Origin: Auanema rhodensis
Lineage: Eukaryota > Animalia > Nematoda
Direction: 5' to 3'
DNA length: 64,000 bases
Assembly: GCA_964057225.1 (NCBI GenBank)
Contig: OZ059896.1
Span: 18,414,001 to 18,478,000, forward strand
The position numbers and the translations under genes are program-made. This document shows positions 9,536-20,430 of this stretch, piece after piece; the first letter of the stretch is position 1, and the number at the start of each line of letters is the position of its first letter. The notes below the pieces were generated by a model. That model saw only the letters and a program-made list of their open reading frames with translations, searched no databases and was not told where the DNA came from.

Positions 9536-9934
9536 TCATATGCTAGATAATTTATAGTCGAATACTTTATGCATAAACGCTTCAATAAAGACATCATCGT
9601 TTTGTAATAGTTTAAAAAATGAACAGATGCTTTCAAATGTATTACCAGCTGACAACATTAGTATTACAAATATTGCATAACCACCACAAGTGTATTCAAT
9701 TATGCGTTGTGGTTTGCAAGTATTAACTTTTACATTTTTATATTTGGCCAGATAATGACGAATGTACTTGTTCATTTTATAACCCAAGCTACAGAAAAAG
9801 TAGGCTTGATCATTACGTACAAAGATGACTTGCCAATGTGTGCCCGGTTTATCGTGTGTGTCAGTATTTACAACAAGTGCAAAATTCTTTCGACGTGTTT
9901 TGCGTAGAGTATCGGCGCTAAATACACCTAGGAA
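9536..9934 (-). pseudogene. Maverick adenain-like cysteine protease, 5'-deleted
   Basis: FLGVF...VVNTD...PGTHW...Q....TCGGY; N-terminus survives only in copy B. Confidence 0.88.
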
Positions 9935-10248
9935 CTTTGGCATCGTTTTTACCACGCATTATTCAATCACCTATAGCCCAAAATCTCATCAATGCTGGAA
10001 GGAATGCATTATCCAGTGCTGTAAGCAATAGTCCAGTTGTAAATTCACCTCTTGGCGGCCAGTTGCTAAAAACTAGCAATGAAATTGTTGATGGGGTGCT
10101 CAAGGGCGATAATATCAAGCAAACTCTTAAAACAGCCGGCCGGCAGGCTATACGAGATCTTACCGGTTTGGGCAAGCGGCGACGACGCAAAACCACAAAA
10201 CCTCATAAGCGTCTGTGCATAACTCGTGAGCGGTCGTATCGTATTTAA
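9934..10248 (+). pseudogene. Maverick basic core (pVII/PW-like) protein, C-terminal part
   Basis: Upstream of MCP; LTGLG-KRRRRK basic tail; N-terminus (QRGHGLGG) at 30817-30925. Confidence 0.6.
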
Positions 10249-11452
10249 ATGGCTAAATTGATAGATTCAAAATCAGCACAAGCACTTTTACCTAATATTA
10301 ATTATAGTGACATACCGGCGTCGGCATTAGGTGTTGAATCGACTCGTACTGTACAAGTTCCTTTAAAAAATACTTTTCTTCCTCAAGGACCATGGGAATT
10401 TGTTATAGCACAAAATTCCAAATCATTTCTTAATCTGAGAAGGTGTTGGTTGAATGTAAAATTCAAAATTGTAACCACAAACGGCGATCCAGTACCAGAC
10501 AACCTTGTTTTTGCACCATGCCAACAATTTGCAGCCAGTTTGATACACTCGTATCATTTAAAAATTGGTGATGTTAGCGTGTATGACTCTACCGTAAATC
10601 ATGCCTACAAAACATATATTGAGAATATTCTAATGTATAGCAACGATGTTAAAGAGAGCAAACTTGCCATATCAGGCTATTATGCGGATAGATATATAGA
10701 TAATGCAGCCAGTCCTGGATTTAGAGCGCGACAAGGGCTTGTTAAAAATGGCATATTGTGTGAGATGGCTGCTCCCATCAGCATCGACTTATTCAATCAG
10801 GAACGACTGTTTGTAAACTATTCAAAAATGGAGCTAACTGCATATCCAAACCGTGATAATTTCTTAATTGACACACTTGGATGGAATAATAAAAGCAAGG
10901 ATGCTGCAATGAAGGAGGAGTTTCCAAACCTGAAAATAGATATCAACGATGTGCACTTGCTTATTCAAGAGTTTGATCTAAACGCTGGATTAGCTATGGC
11001 TATAGAAGATAAACTTGTAAAAAAACGAATACACTACCCCATGACGTCAGTGAAAATGCGATCTTATTTCATAGAAGGAGGCCGTTTGGATTCACCCAAT
11101 AACATATTATTCACGTCGCATACACCGAAACGTGTTGTAGTAGGTCTTGTCGGCGCACACGCCTATAATGGTACTTTTAAACATTCGCCATTCAACTTTA
11201 AACCGTTTGAATTGAAAAATATATACTTGACGCTCAACAATCGGGTAATACCTACCCGCCCTTATAATTTAGAATGGCGTTCTTCCTATGCCACAGCATA
11301 TATTGACATGTTGGAGGGTTTGGGCCTTGGTCGTACAGATTCATCCAATGGTATTACACCAGCAATGTATAAAGCTGGGTTCACATTTTTTGTATTTGAT
11401 ATTTCACCGACTGTACACTCGTCCGAGTTATTTGATGTTATACGACAAGGTA
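10249..11452 (+). pseudogene. Maverick major capsid protein, 3'-truncated by an insertion
   Basis: GPWEF, PKRVVVGLV, YNGTFKHSPFNFKPF, FFVFDISP; identity with copy B stops at ...cgacaaggtaa. Confidence 0.9.
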
Positions 11453-11610
11453 AGTAGAGAGCCGTGCAAAATTTACTAACTACGCCCCCAAACAGCTGTC
11501 AAAAACATACTTTTGGGGGCGTCAGCTGCTAAAAACATACTTTTGGGGCGCGTCAGCTGTCAAAAACATATTTTTGAGCGTCAGCTGTTAAAATCATATT
11601 TTGGAATCAT
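11453..11610 (+). repeat. Probable Maverick B left terminus (AGTAGAGAG...) with ~30-bp subterminal repeats
   Basis: Starts where MCP-A homology ends; AG-type start; about 4 copies of cagctgtcaaaaacatacttttgggggcgt. Confidence 0.5.
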
Positions 11611-11999
11611 GGCTCATGGATTTTCCTTTTTTAAATTTAAAAATCATGATTTAAAGCATGATTTAAATTTTTTTTTTAAATCAAATTTAAATATGCTTTT
11701 TTAAATGTATATATAATTATATATTTTTAATTAATTTTTAAATATATTAAATGAAAAAAAAAATCTAAATTTTAAATATTTAAATTATATTTAAATTTTA
11801 TATTTATAAATTATATTTAAATTTTAAATATATTAATTTGTTTTAAAATTTTGTTACTTTATTCATTTATTATATTTATTGATTATGTTTGTTTACTTAT
11901 TTTGTTTATTATTTTATAATATTGTGTTTTTACTGTTTTTATTTTTAAAGATCAATAAAATTTTTTTTAATAATTTTGTTCACCGTACTTGTTATGGGT

Positions 12000-12268
12000 A
12001 ATTCAATGGAACACATATCGAAAGTTAATTCGATAAGAACGATATAAAATACCAAAATTTAATGGAACACATATCGAAGGTTAATTCGATAAGAACGATA
12101 TGAAATACCAAAATTTAATGGAACACATATCGAAGGTTAATTCGATCAGAACGATATGAAATACCAAAATTCAATGGAACACATATCGAAGATTAATTCG
12201 ATAAGACCGATATGAAATACCAAAATTTAATGGAACACATATCGAAGGTTAATTCGATAAGAACGACA
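12000..12268. repeat. 56-bp minisatellite, ~4.8 copies
   Basis: aatggaacacatatcgaaggttaattcgataagaacgatatgaaataccaaaattt repeated in tandem. Confidence 0.92.
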
Positions 12269-13084
12269 TTAAATTATTAATTTTTGAAATTACAAATTGT
12301 TATTAATTATATTTATTCTAACAAGTAAAAGTTTCAAATTAAAAGAAAAGATTAGTTTTAAACTTTATTTTACTAATATAACAATACAATAACTAAATAG
12401 AGCACACATTGAAGGTGAATACAATAAGATTAACAAACAGTTGCGCTGACCTCAACGCATATCGAGGGTTAATAAACACTAATAACTGCACTGTGAGGGT
12501 TTAAATATAGTATAATCATTTTAACATTTCAAAAGTTTTAGTTTCGTAATATAATCATTAGTAAATATTCAAGAATGAAATATTTTTCACATATAAAACG
12601 TTGGCAGTCATATGTTTTGTGCTACAATATGGGTGTAAAAGTATACTATGAATAATATATGAGCTATTAAGCAAAGTTTAAAAAGCCTAAATGTTTTACA
12701 GAGATGGCTGTTGTTTATGGCACAAACGGTAAACAATAATGTTTAAAGAGATGTGAAAACTAACTAATATGCAGCTTGTTTACAGGTTCAGAGTGCGCCA
12801 ACTGCTGGCAACTGTCGACGAGATGAGTATATCTGCATAAATATGCTGTAAAATCTAAGTAATAAAAGAATTTCATCAGCAAACTTGATTGTAACACAAT
12901 GGGTTGTACTTTACAAAAATCTTTGTATAAAAGGTTGGCAATTTTGCTACATTTACATTTCAGCTCTGCCAACTATCCGAGGATCCGACGTTTCACCATC
13001 TCCTGCCACTCTTTGCCAATCGCCATAGACTGCTCCTCTCTGCAAGTTTGCCTTATATTTTAGAAAGTTGGATCTTTAGCGGAA

Positions 13085-13328
13085 ATGAAGCGTGCTGTAC
13101 TTGCTGATGTGACAAATGTTGTGCGCAAATCGCCTGAACCTGAAGTACCACGACCACCCACACCAGCTCCAAATTTCACAAGTTTTGGTATGAACCTTAA
13201 CTTGTATTTTTTAAATCTTTAATTTAGATTCACCAATGAAGCAGATGGAGATTCTGAGAGAGAGCACTCCACCAAGGAGTGTATTAATGAGACCAATTTG
13301 TTTCTGCAAAACTTGTAGGGAATCATTG
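13085..13328 (+). pseudogene. Spliced gene fragment with D-box-like motif, cut by the LTR insertion
   Basis: MKRAVLADVTNVVRKSPEPEVPRPPTPAPNFTSF / 40-nt GT-AG intron 13188-13227 / DSPMKQ...STPPR...ICFCKTCRESL. Confidence 0.45.
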
Positions 13329-13729
13329 TGTTATACTTTATAATTCTTTACTTTATTCTTTCTATATTTTTTATGTATTTCTTTATTCTGTGTTTTATAT
13401 TTTATATTTTATAATTCTAGTTTCTTGTCTTAGTGTATTATGTTATCAGTTATATTTTGCAGCCTCAGCATTTTCTGAGATAGTTATAATTGTCATTGAC
13501 AACTTATAACCTTTCGTGGAAAATGCTGATAACATTCGCTATATAAGCTTGCCATTCAACTGAATCTTCAGTTGGCGGACTTATCTTTATCTTTATTTGT
13601 TTATTGTTTAAATGTTTTTTATTTATAATAAATCTTTCTCTCTTCCTCAAATCTTATTGTTTCTTTTACAACACATCAATCTAAGGGTCAATAACATGGA
13701 ACATTAATATCCAAATCAAGGATATTACA
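13329..13729 (+). repeat. 5' LTR, family A copy 2
   Basis: TG...CA; reverse complement of 9-410. Confidence 0.95.
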
Positions 13730-14797
13730 TGGAGGTTCCACCTTAGCATCTTTTTACGATTTTCGAACTCGATTAAATTATGAATTATCATTCAGTTAAA
13801 GAGAATTTATTTTTTTGAGCTATTTCCCTGGGCTACCACCTCTCTTTCCAATTCAGTACGAAGGGTCTCACTCATTTTTTTAATAAACAGGGTTGATATT
13901 TTGCGCAAGGGTGAGATACTGAATTGGTCAACTTTTCGATTTCTTTTTGTTTCTGCGCAGTTGTATTTTTGATTTTTCATTGTGGCGAAAAATATATATT
14001 TTTTGGAAATGGAAAAGCTGTTTGATATAAGCAAAATTGGACCTTAATAAAGTCAATTTGCGATATTTTTGATAAAGATTACAAGTTTGTACTAACAGAA
14101 TGGCCACTGTAAGAAAATAACATCCGCTGTATCATTTGTCATATTTGAATTTAAACCTTCCTCTCATAATTTTTTGATTGTTGATTCAAGTTGAAACAAA
14201 GACTTTGGAATTTGAAAGATGCCTTGTTTGGTAATTCATTGTTATCCAGTAACAATTGAGATTTTGATTTGTCCGCCATACTCACTTCTCTAATTTATGA
14301 ATCACATTGTCACATAATCATATCCTATCATCATCTTAACAATTAATTATATTCACATTTTTTTCCTCTCTATAGTTTGTTTTTGTATGAGTTCATTAAT
14401 TAATTAATCTTCAACCCATATTATTATATATCTTTTTTTTTCTTCGATTTTTTTTTTCATGTTATTCACTAATTTATTCACTATTAACTATTCATATTCT
14501 TATCTTGTTTACTAACTTATTCCACTATTTTACATTGTAGATTGTTCTGACTTTCCTCCTTTTCCAAAACGGCAACCTCCAAGAATAATTATACGGATAC
14601 GCCTTTCCGTACCTCTCAAAGATTAAGAGACAAGAGAAATCGTATTTCTCGATTTCCTTTTCCCGATAGTGACGACTCGTTTGACAACGATTTAAGTCCA
14701 TCGGACGACGAAAAAACGCCAACACACTTGGCTGTAACACCGAAAAAAGAGAAAAACTCCCCAGCGCGAAAAACTACCTCTGAAGCTCCTACTCAAC

Positions 14798-15412
14798 ATG
14801 AGACCACATGAGCAATCAAACAGAGATTCAACTCTGGAAACGCCTAATTTAATGGCATCTCCAGAGTTGACCAAAAACATAACAGAAGTTCTAGGCAGTC
14901 CACACTGCCCCAAATACGATGGTAGCCGAAGCTTTCGATCGTACATCGATATATTTAACCGATTCGCGAATGCTGCGGGACTTTCGGTAATTGAAAGAAT
15001 TTTTCTTCTTCCTCTGCTGCCTCAGCAGAATGATTCTGCGATCTCTGCATATAACTCGATTCCTTCCGAAATTCGTGAACGAGGGCCTTGGAAAGACCTT
15101 GTTTTACAATTGGCAGAGTTACTTTGCCCTGCCACGGAAAGGAATTTCACGATCGCGACGTTGCTACGCTCGACGCAAGGAGAGAAAACTGTTACTCAGT
15201 TTGCCTCATACTTGGAAGAAATGGCTTCCAGTATTATGAGCCCAACTGATCGAGAAAGAGAGCTCATATTAAGATCAGCTTTCTTAAATGGATTGAACGC
15301 TGATTTAGGCATAATTGTTCAAGGAAAAGATCCGAAGACTTATGAGGAAGCAAAAAGGACAGCACGTTTTGAAGAAGCAATTCGTGCTAACTATAAAAAA
15401 CAGCATGAAGAA
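14798..15412 (+). pseudogene. gag: gag capsid domain, copy 2
   Basis: CPKYDGSRSFRSY...QGEKTVTQF...AFLNGL; joined out of frame to env by a deletion. Confidence 0.85.
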
Positions 15413-17129
15413 CCTGACTGTTATTGCTCGATATCATCAATTTTTGCTGTCAGCTGTCCATATTTTGAACATTACTGATCATACTATAGATTACTGGGCA
15501 AATTTAAAAGACTTCCGCGATCCGAATATTCTCTTACTACATGCTCTAGGAGGAGAAGAAAGCAAGATGATTACAAAAATGTGGATCGAACAAATGGAGC
15601 CTAGTTTTGTCATCGGTCAACTAGCACACCGACTTCCTATCAATTATATAAAAAGAATAGTTAAACCAGGCAATTCTACAATTTCGGTTGCAAGAGATAA
15701 ATTATGGGAATTGATACAAATACCTGCAATCTTATCCGAAACAGAATATGTGCCACCACTCGAATTTTTGATATTCACAGTATATCAAAACCATCTCAAC
15801 TTCACATTTGGAGATCCACGTTCTGTGGTATATAAAGCAAAAGAATTACTTCGTGAACTACGCTATCAGTATTCTCAACCTCAACTGATAGAATATTACC
15901 GAATGAAACTGTTCTTTCATAGTCATTTTATGCAACGACAAGTGAAAGATCAAGTATATGAAATGAAATTAAAGCTGTTGGATAACTGGACACTCAGAAA
16001 CCGAGAAACCATTTTTGGAATACCGATGCCTTCGAATAAAGAAGATCTCTACAGCCGTAACATCAATATTGACGCTAAACAATTAACTGATTTAATGTCA
16101 TGGTTTTCAAAACCAGCACCTGAAGAGATTACAAAAAGAGTATTCAGTCGCTCTATCACCACCAAAACTACGCCAACTGCACGATTTCTTAGTGCTACCT
16201 CAAAACCTGTTGTAAATACATCATCTACTACAAAACAAACAATTAGTACTATTCAAGGGATGACATCAATGCAACCCATGATTGGAAGCATAGAGAAAGC
16301 TCAAGAATTATTCGGCACTCACTTAACTGATCACCAGAATACTATACTTCGACATCGAGATGCATTAACTACCATCAACAAACTCAACTATGGATTTGAA
16401 CGAATGAGAACCATACTGGTCGAAGAATTTCATCATCAACATCACAGCATATGTCATGCTCAACTTGAACTTATTAAGACATGGCAAGCTATATTTAATA
16501 TCAATCCTACGATTGCTATCAGATCTATTATGCAACGAGATGATATAGTGGCTCGAATAATTGGGCGGAATCTTATTCGGGTTTCAACCTGTCAGCCAAT
16601 AGAACCAATTCACATTTATCGCAACCACACATACAAAGATAAGTGTTATTTAGAAACACCCGTCATCACGGATGATGACCGCCTCTTCTTTGCACCTCAA
16701 GATTCAGCAGATTTGGAAGCATATGGAACTGAAATTCCATGTGAAACAGTAGAAAATGATATATGGAAAGAGGATGGAGAATGGAAATCCCTCAACGGAG
16801 TTGCAAACGTAACTGCTTTAAACATTGGTTCAGATCAGTATCCCGATCTAGCAGCCATTCGATTTTCACAAAGAAATCTTTATGAAAATATCACCGATGA
16901 AAACTTAGTTAGAACAATAAGCCTAACATATGGACACATTTTCGCTACCAATCCTCATAGAAATTTTCTACGAGTTATCACGAATCAAGCGAATTTGCCA
17001 GGCTTATCAGAATGGTTTACAAAAAGTAACAAACTTTTTAGTTCTACTCAAAATATTCACTATGGGAACGAGGAGTTGATTTCTTTGCTGGATCCCTCAA
17101 CAGAATGTTTATCTCTGCAGGTGTTATGA
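15410..17129 (+). pseudogene. env: env C-terminal ~570 aa, copy 2
   Basis: Translation identical to copy 1 from NLTVIARY onward. Confidence 0.88.
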
Positions 17130-17718
17130 TAGTTATATTAATCTTTGGATCATCATTATACATTATTGTTGTATCTTATATCAAAGAGAAAGTTCCTATC
17201 TTAAATGTGAATGCAGTTGAACAACACGAACTACTCAACGCTGACATCGATGTTCCAGCCGACGACGAAACTATTCGAAGATATTTTCCTACTGTCATCA
17301 CTTTTATTCCTATTATTATACCTTTTGTTGGATGCTGTGCAACGAACAAAAGAGAACTCCCATATATAAGAATTGAAGCAGAAGGCAGAGGACTCGTAGC
17401 TTTATGGGATAGCGGAGCATCTGTTTCATATTTGAAGGAATCATCAGTACGCTATTTAGGAAAAGAGAATTTCAACTCAACTAAAATCTCTGCCACCGCA
17501 GCAAATGGATCAATATTCAACTTTCTGGGTACAATTACGTTGGACATTGTTATTGCTGGATACCATCTTTCACACACATTTTTAATCTCTGAGGATAAAC
17601 ATTGTCCTACTGAAATGTTACTTGGTTTGGACATCATGAAAGCATTAGAAGAAAAAGGAATAACAACTTCTCTACAAGCTCTAGGCAAGCAATTAATAGT
17701 TGGAAACCATTTTCTACC
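17105..17718 (+). pseudogene. pol: TM plus protease, truncated pol
   Basis: LWDSGAS; matches copy 1 up to GNHFLP. Confidence 0.9.
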
Positions 17719-17759
17719 TAAAATTATTCTAAAATTATTTCTAAAATTATTAAATACTG

Positions 17760-18140
17760 TGTCACATCTGCAAGCACATGGTAAACATGTGCGCGCTATT
17801 CAAAAAGCGGGAGCCTGAACAAGCCCCGCCTACAACATGGGACACACATGACACTCTTGCTTCTGGCCTAACCCAGATAGGTTGTCTTATAGTCATGTAA
17901 GTCTCATCTCTATATCATTTATATATATACTCTATTTAATACTTTATTATATCTCTTTATATTCTTTCTTAATGTAGTTCTTATATTGTATTTTCTTGTT
18001 ATCTGATAATGAATCCTTTTCTCTTTAAGTATTTGTCTTAATAAGGAAATCGGGGTGTTCGGGTCTGCCTACCTAAGGAACAAGGTAGAAGTACATATAT
18101 CTTCCGACCATGAAAAGACGGGAAGAAACAATATGTAACG
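17760..18140 (+). repeat. 5' LTR, family B
   Basis: TGTCAC...GTAACG; few differences from 25490-25872. Confidence 0.95.
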
Positions 18141-18153
18141 TGGAGGTTCCACC
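18141..18153 (+). promoter_or_regulatory. tRNA-Gln PBS
   Basis: TGGAGGTTCCACC, identical to the family A PBS. Confidence 0.85.
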
Positions 18154-19292
18154 TTGCTTACTTTACTGTTAATTTATTGACAGCAAGTTTACGAGACTTT
18201 TGGACTTAATTACCCAACAGTGAGGAGTAACCGAGCCGTGCACCATGATTTCCCCAAAAATTATTTTGGCTACCACTTCTCCTCCGCTCAACAAAAACTG
18301 GGAGGTTTCTGAGACGTTTGGGGAAACTATCAGACAATAGTTTTGACGAGCGTTACCTTTTTGTTATGCACGCGCGTGCTATTTTGATTCATTATTTTAT
18401 GATGTGAATGTCCAGTGTGGCAACAGAGCTCACTTTTTAGCTGAGTTGTTTGGAAGCTGGAGGCTGTTGGGATAATTTTATTTACGATTTTTGATTTTAT
18501 TTCACATCCAAGGGTTCATCAGGGTTCTACTCCTGTTAACTCTTTTCTTATTAGTTCAGAGATAATAAGAATATTTAAATTCCTACCCACCCAAGTCCAC
18601 TCTACGTCTGCCAACGTTTCCTTTTTCCTATATTATTGACAGATTACTGAATTTAAACTCCTATATCAATCTTTAATTACCTTCTAAATCTTTTGAAATT
18701 AAATTAAAAATTATCTTAATTAAGATTTATTTTGAAATTCTTTCTACAAATCTTAATAAACTTTATAAAATTGAACTTTATATACGAGATGAGACATTTT
18801 TGTTTACTTTAAGCTTACTCACATTCAAATAGTTGGCCCACGCGTACCAGCTGTTCGGCATGTGTAATCAATAACAGCTGTTAAAATTTAAAAGTTTTCA
18901 AACAGGCTTAAGGCACCATCTGTGATTTCTTATTTGTCTCTAAGCTGACATTAGTGATTATAATATTCAAATATCACGACAGTTGGTCAATGGTTGTTTA
19001 CCATAAGCGCTAACATCTGGTGTCGTGACACATGGCTGGAGGCGGAGCTTGAAGCTTCAACGATCCTCCTTCATCAGACGCCATTGTCACAAACGTTTTT
19101 ACTGAAGTCTAGTTGCTTCCAGTACGCGCTCTTATATTCATCTAACTGTATTCTCCAGCCACCCTGTCGGACTCAGACATCAGCGACGAAAACAAAGATC
19201 AGGAACAAGGATTACAAGAGGTACGCCAAGTTTTTGAATTTGATTCTAAAAACTTAAATACTCCATCCACCTACCTCTCTCCTTTTGAGTTT

Positions 19293-20430
19293 TTGAGAGA
19301 AGAAGGTGATTCCTCTTCATCTTCTCACTCTTCTCCTCTAACAATTAAGACGAGAAGTAAAAGCAGAAAGGCCATCACTGAGGAAACACCTCCTACTACA
19401 GTACGAAATAGATCACCAAGTCGGTGGGCCGCTCCTATAACTAAAGCTTTTGAAAGAAAAATGACGCCTACCTCTCCATCTCCTAATTCTAATGTTGCTC
19501 CACCCTCTAGAAATATGGCAACTATTTTGAATTGCCATCTCTGTCCCAGGTATGACGGCTCTCGTAGCTTTCGTTCTTTTGTTGAATCTTTAAAAAGATT
19601 TTTTAATGTTATGAATCTAAGCTTACCTGAGAGACTATTAATTTTACCTCTTCTTTTGGAATCAAATGAAACAGCTCTCTCCTTGTATAATAGTATTCCT
19701 AGTGGCATAAGAACTAATGGCCCATGGATTGTTTTGATGGATTAGCTCACTGAGCTTTTAGCGCCTAAAACAGATAAAAATTTCACCATAGCGCTTATTC
19801 ATCGAATACAACAAGGAGATAAATCTGTTCTTGATTTTAGTATGGAATTTGAGAGAATGGCAAGCACCATAATATCACCAATGGATCCCGAGCGGGACCA
19901 ATGTTGAAAACGGCATTTTTAAATGGTTTAAAAGAGGAACTGGGTATTGCGGTTTTAACTAAAAACCCCGCCACTTATGAACAAGCTAAGAATTTAGCTA
20001 GGTTTGAAGAAGGCGTTCGGAATAGCTTCATGAAAAGAAATGAAGACACCAGCACCTTGAAGGAGCTCATAAATGCTTTACAACATAAATTAAGCTTTAG
20101 TGAAGAAAGAGAAAGAAGTAGGAATAATAATAATAATAATAAAAATTATAAAAATAATAAAAATAATAAAAGAAATAATAACTGGACTCAGCACAATAAT
20201 GGCTCTAATGATTATGAGCGAGAGAGAGAGCGACCTTCTGCCGTACGTTATAATAATAATAACTCGCAGAACGGGAAAATGAATAGGCGTCCTAACCCGG
20301 GAAACCGCCCATTTGCGAATGGCAGAAATGCCGATAGCTCGTCTTGGAACCCTAGGCCTAGTTCCCCAAGAAGACAAAGACCATCAGCCAATGGGAATGG
20401 TAACTCGAGGGTATACAGCGTACCCCATTC
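19293..20430 (+). pseudogene. gag: gag family B (stop plus frameshift), Asn/Arg-rich C-terminus
   Basis: CPRYDGSRSFRSF, AFLNGL, NPATYEQAK homologous to family A gag. Confidence 0.85.

Larger units (their letters stand above)
8428..11452 (+). mobile_element. Maverick/Polinton copy A fragment (mCP, ZnF, small TM ORF, protease, core, MCP)
   Basis: Highly similar in inverted orientation to 29673-32630; Polinton gene set. Confidence 0.92.
13329..17718 (+). mobile_element. Family A copy 2, internally deleted and 3'-truncated
   Basis: 5' LTR 13329-13729; PBS 13730-13742; complete leader; near-identical to copy 1; ends just after the protease domain. Confidence 0.95.

Noticed and set aside
12000-12268. 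CRISPR-like appearance of short repeats
   Set aside because: Contiguous tandem units without unique spacers; eukaryotic context, no cas genes
15315-15410. Start of the 604-aa ORF as a real env start
   Set aside because: Off-frame gag sequence joined to env by a deletion
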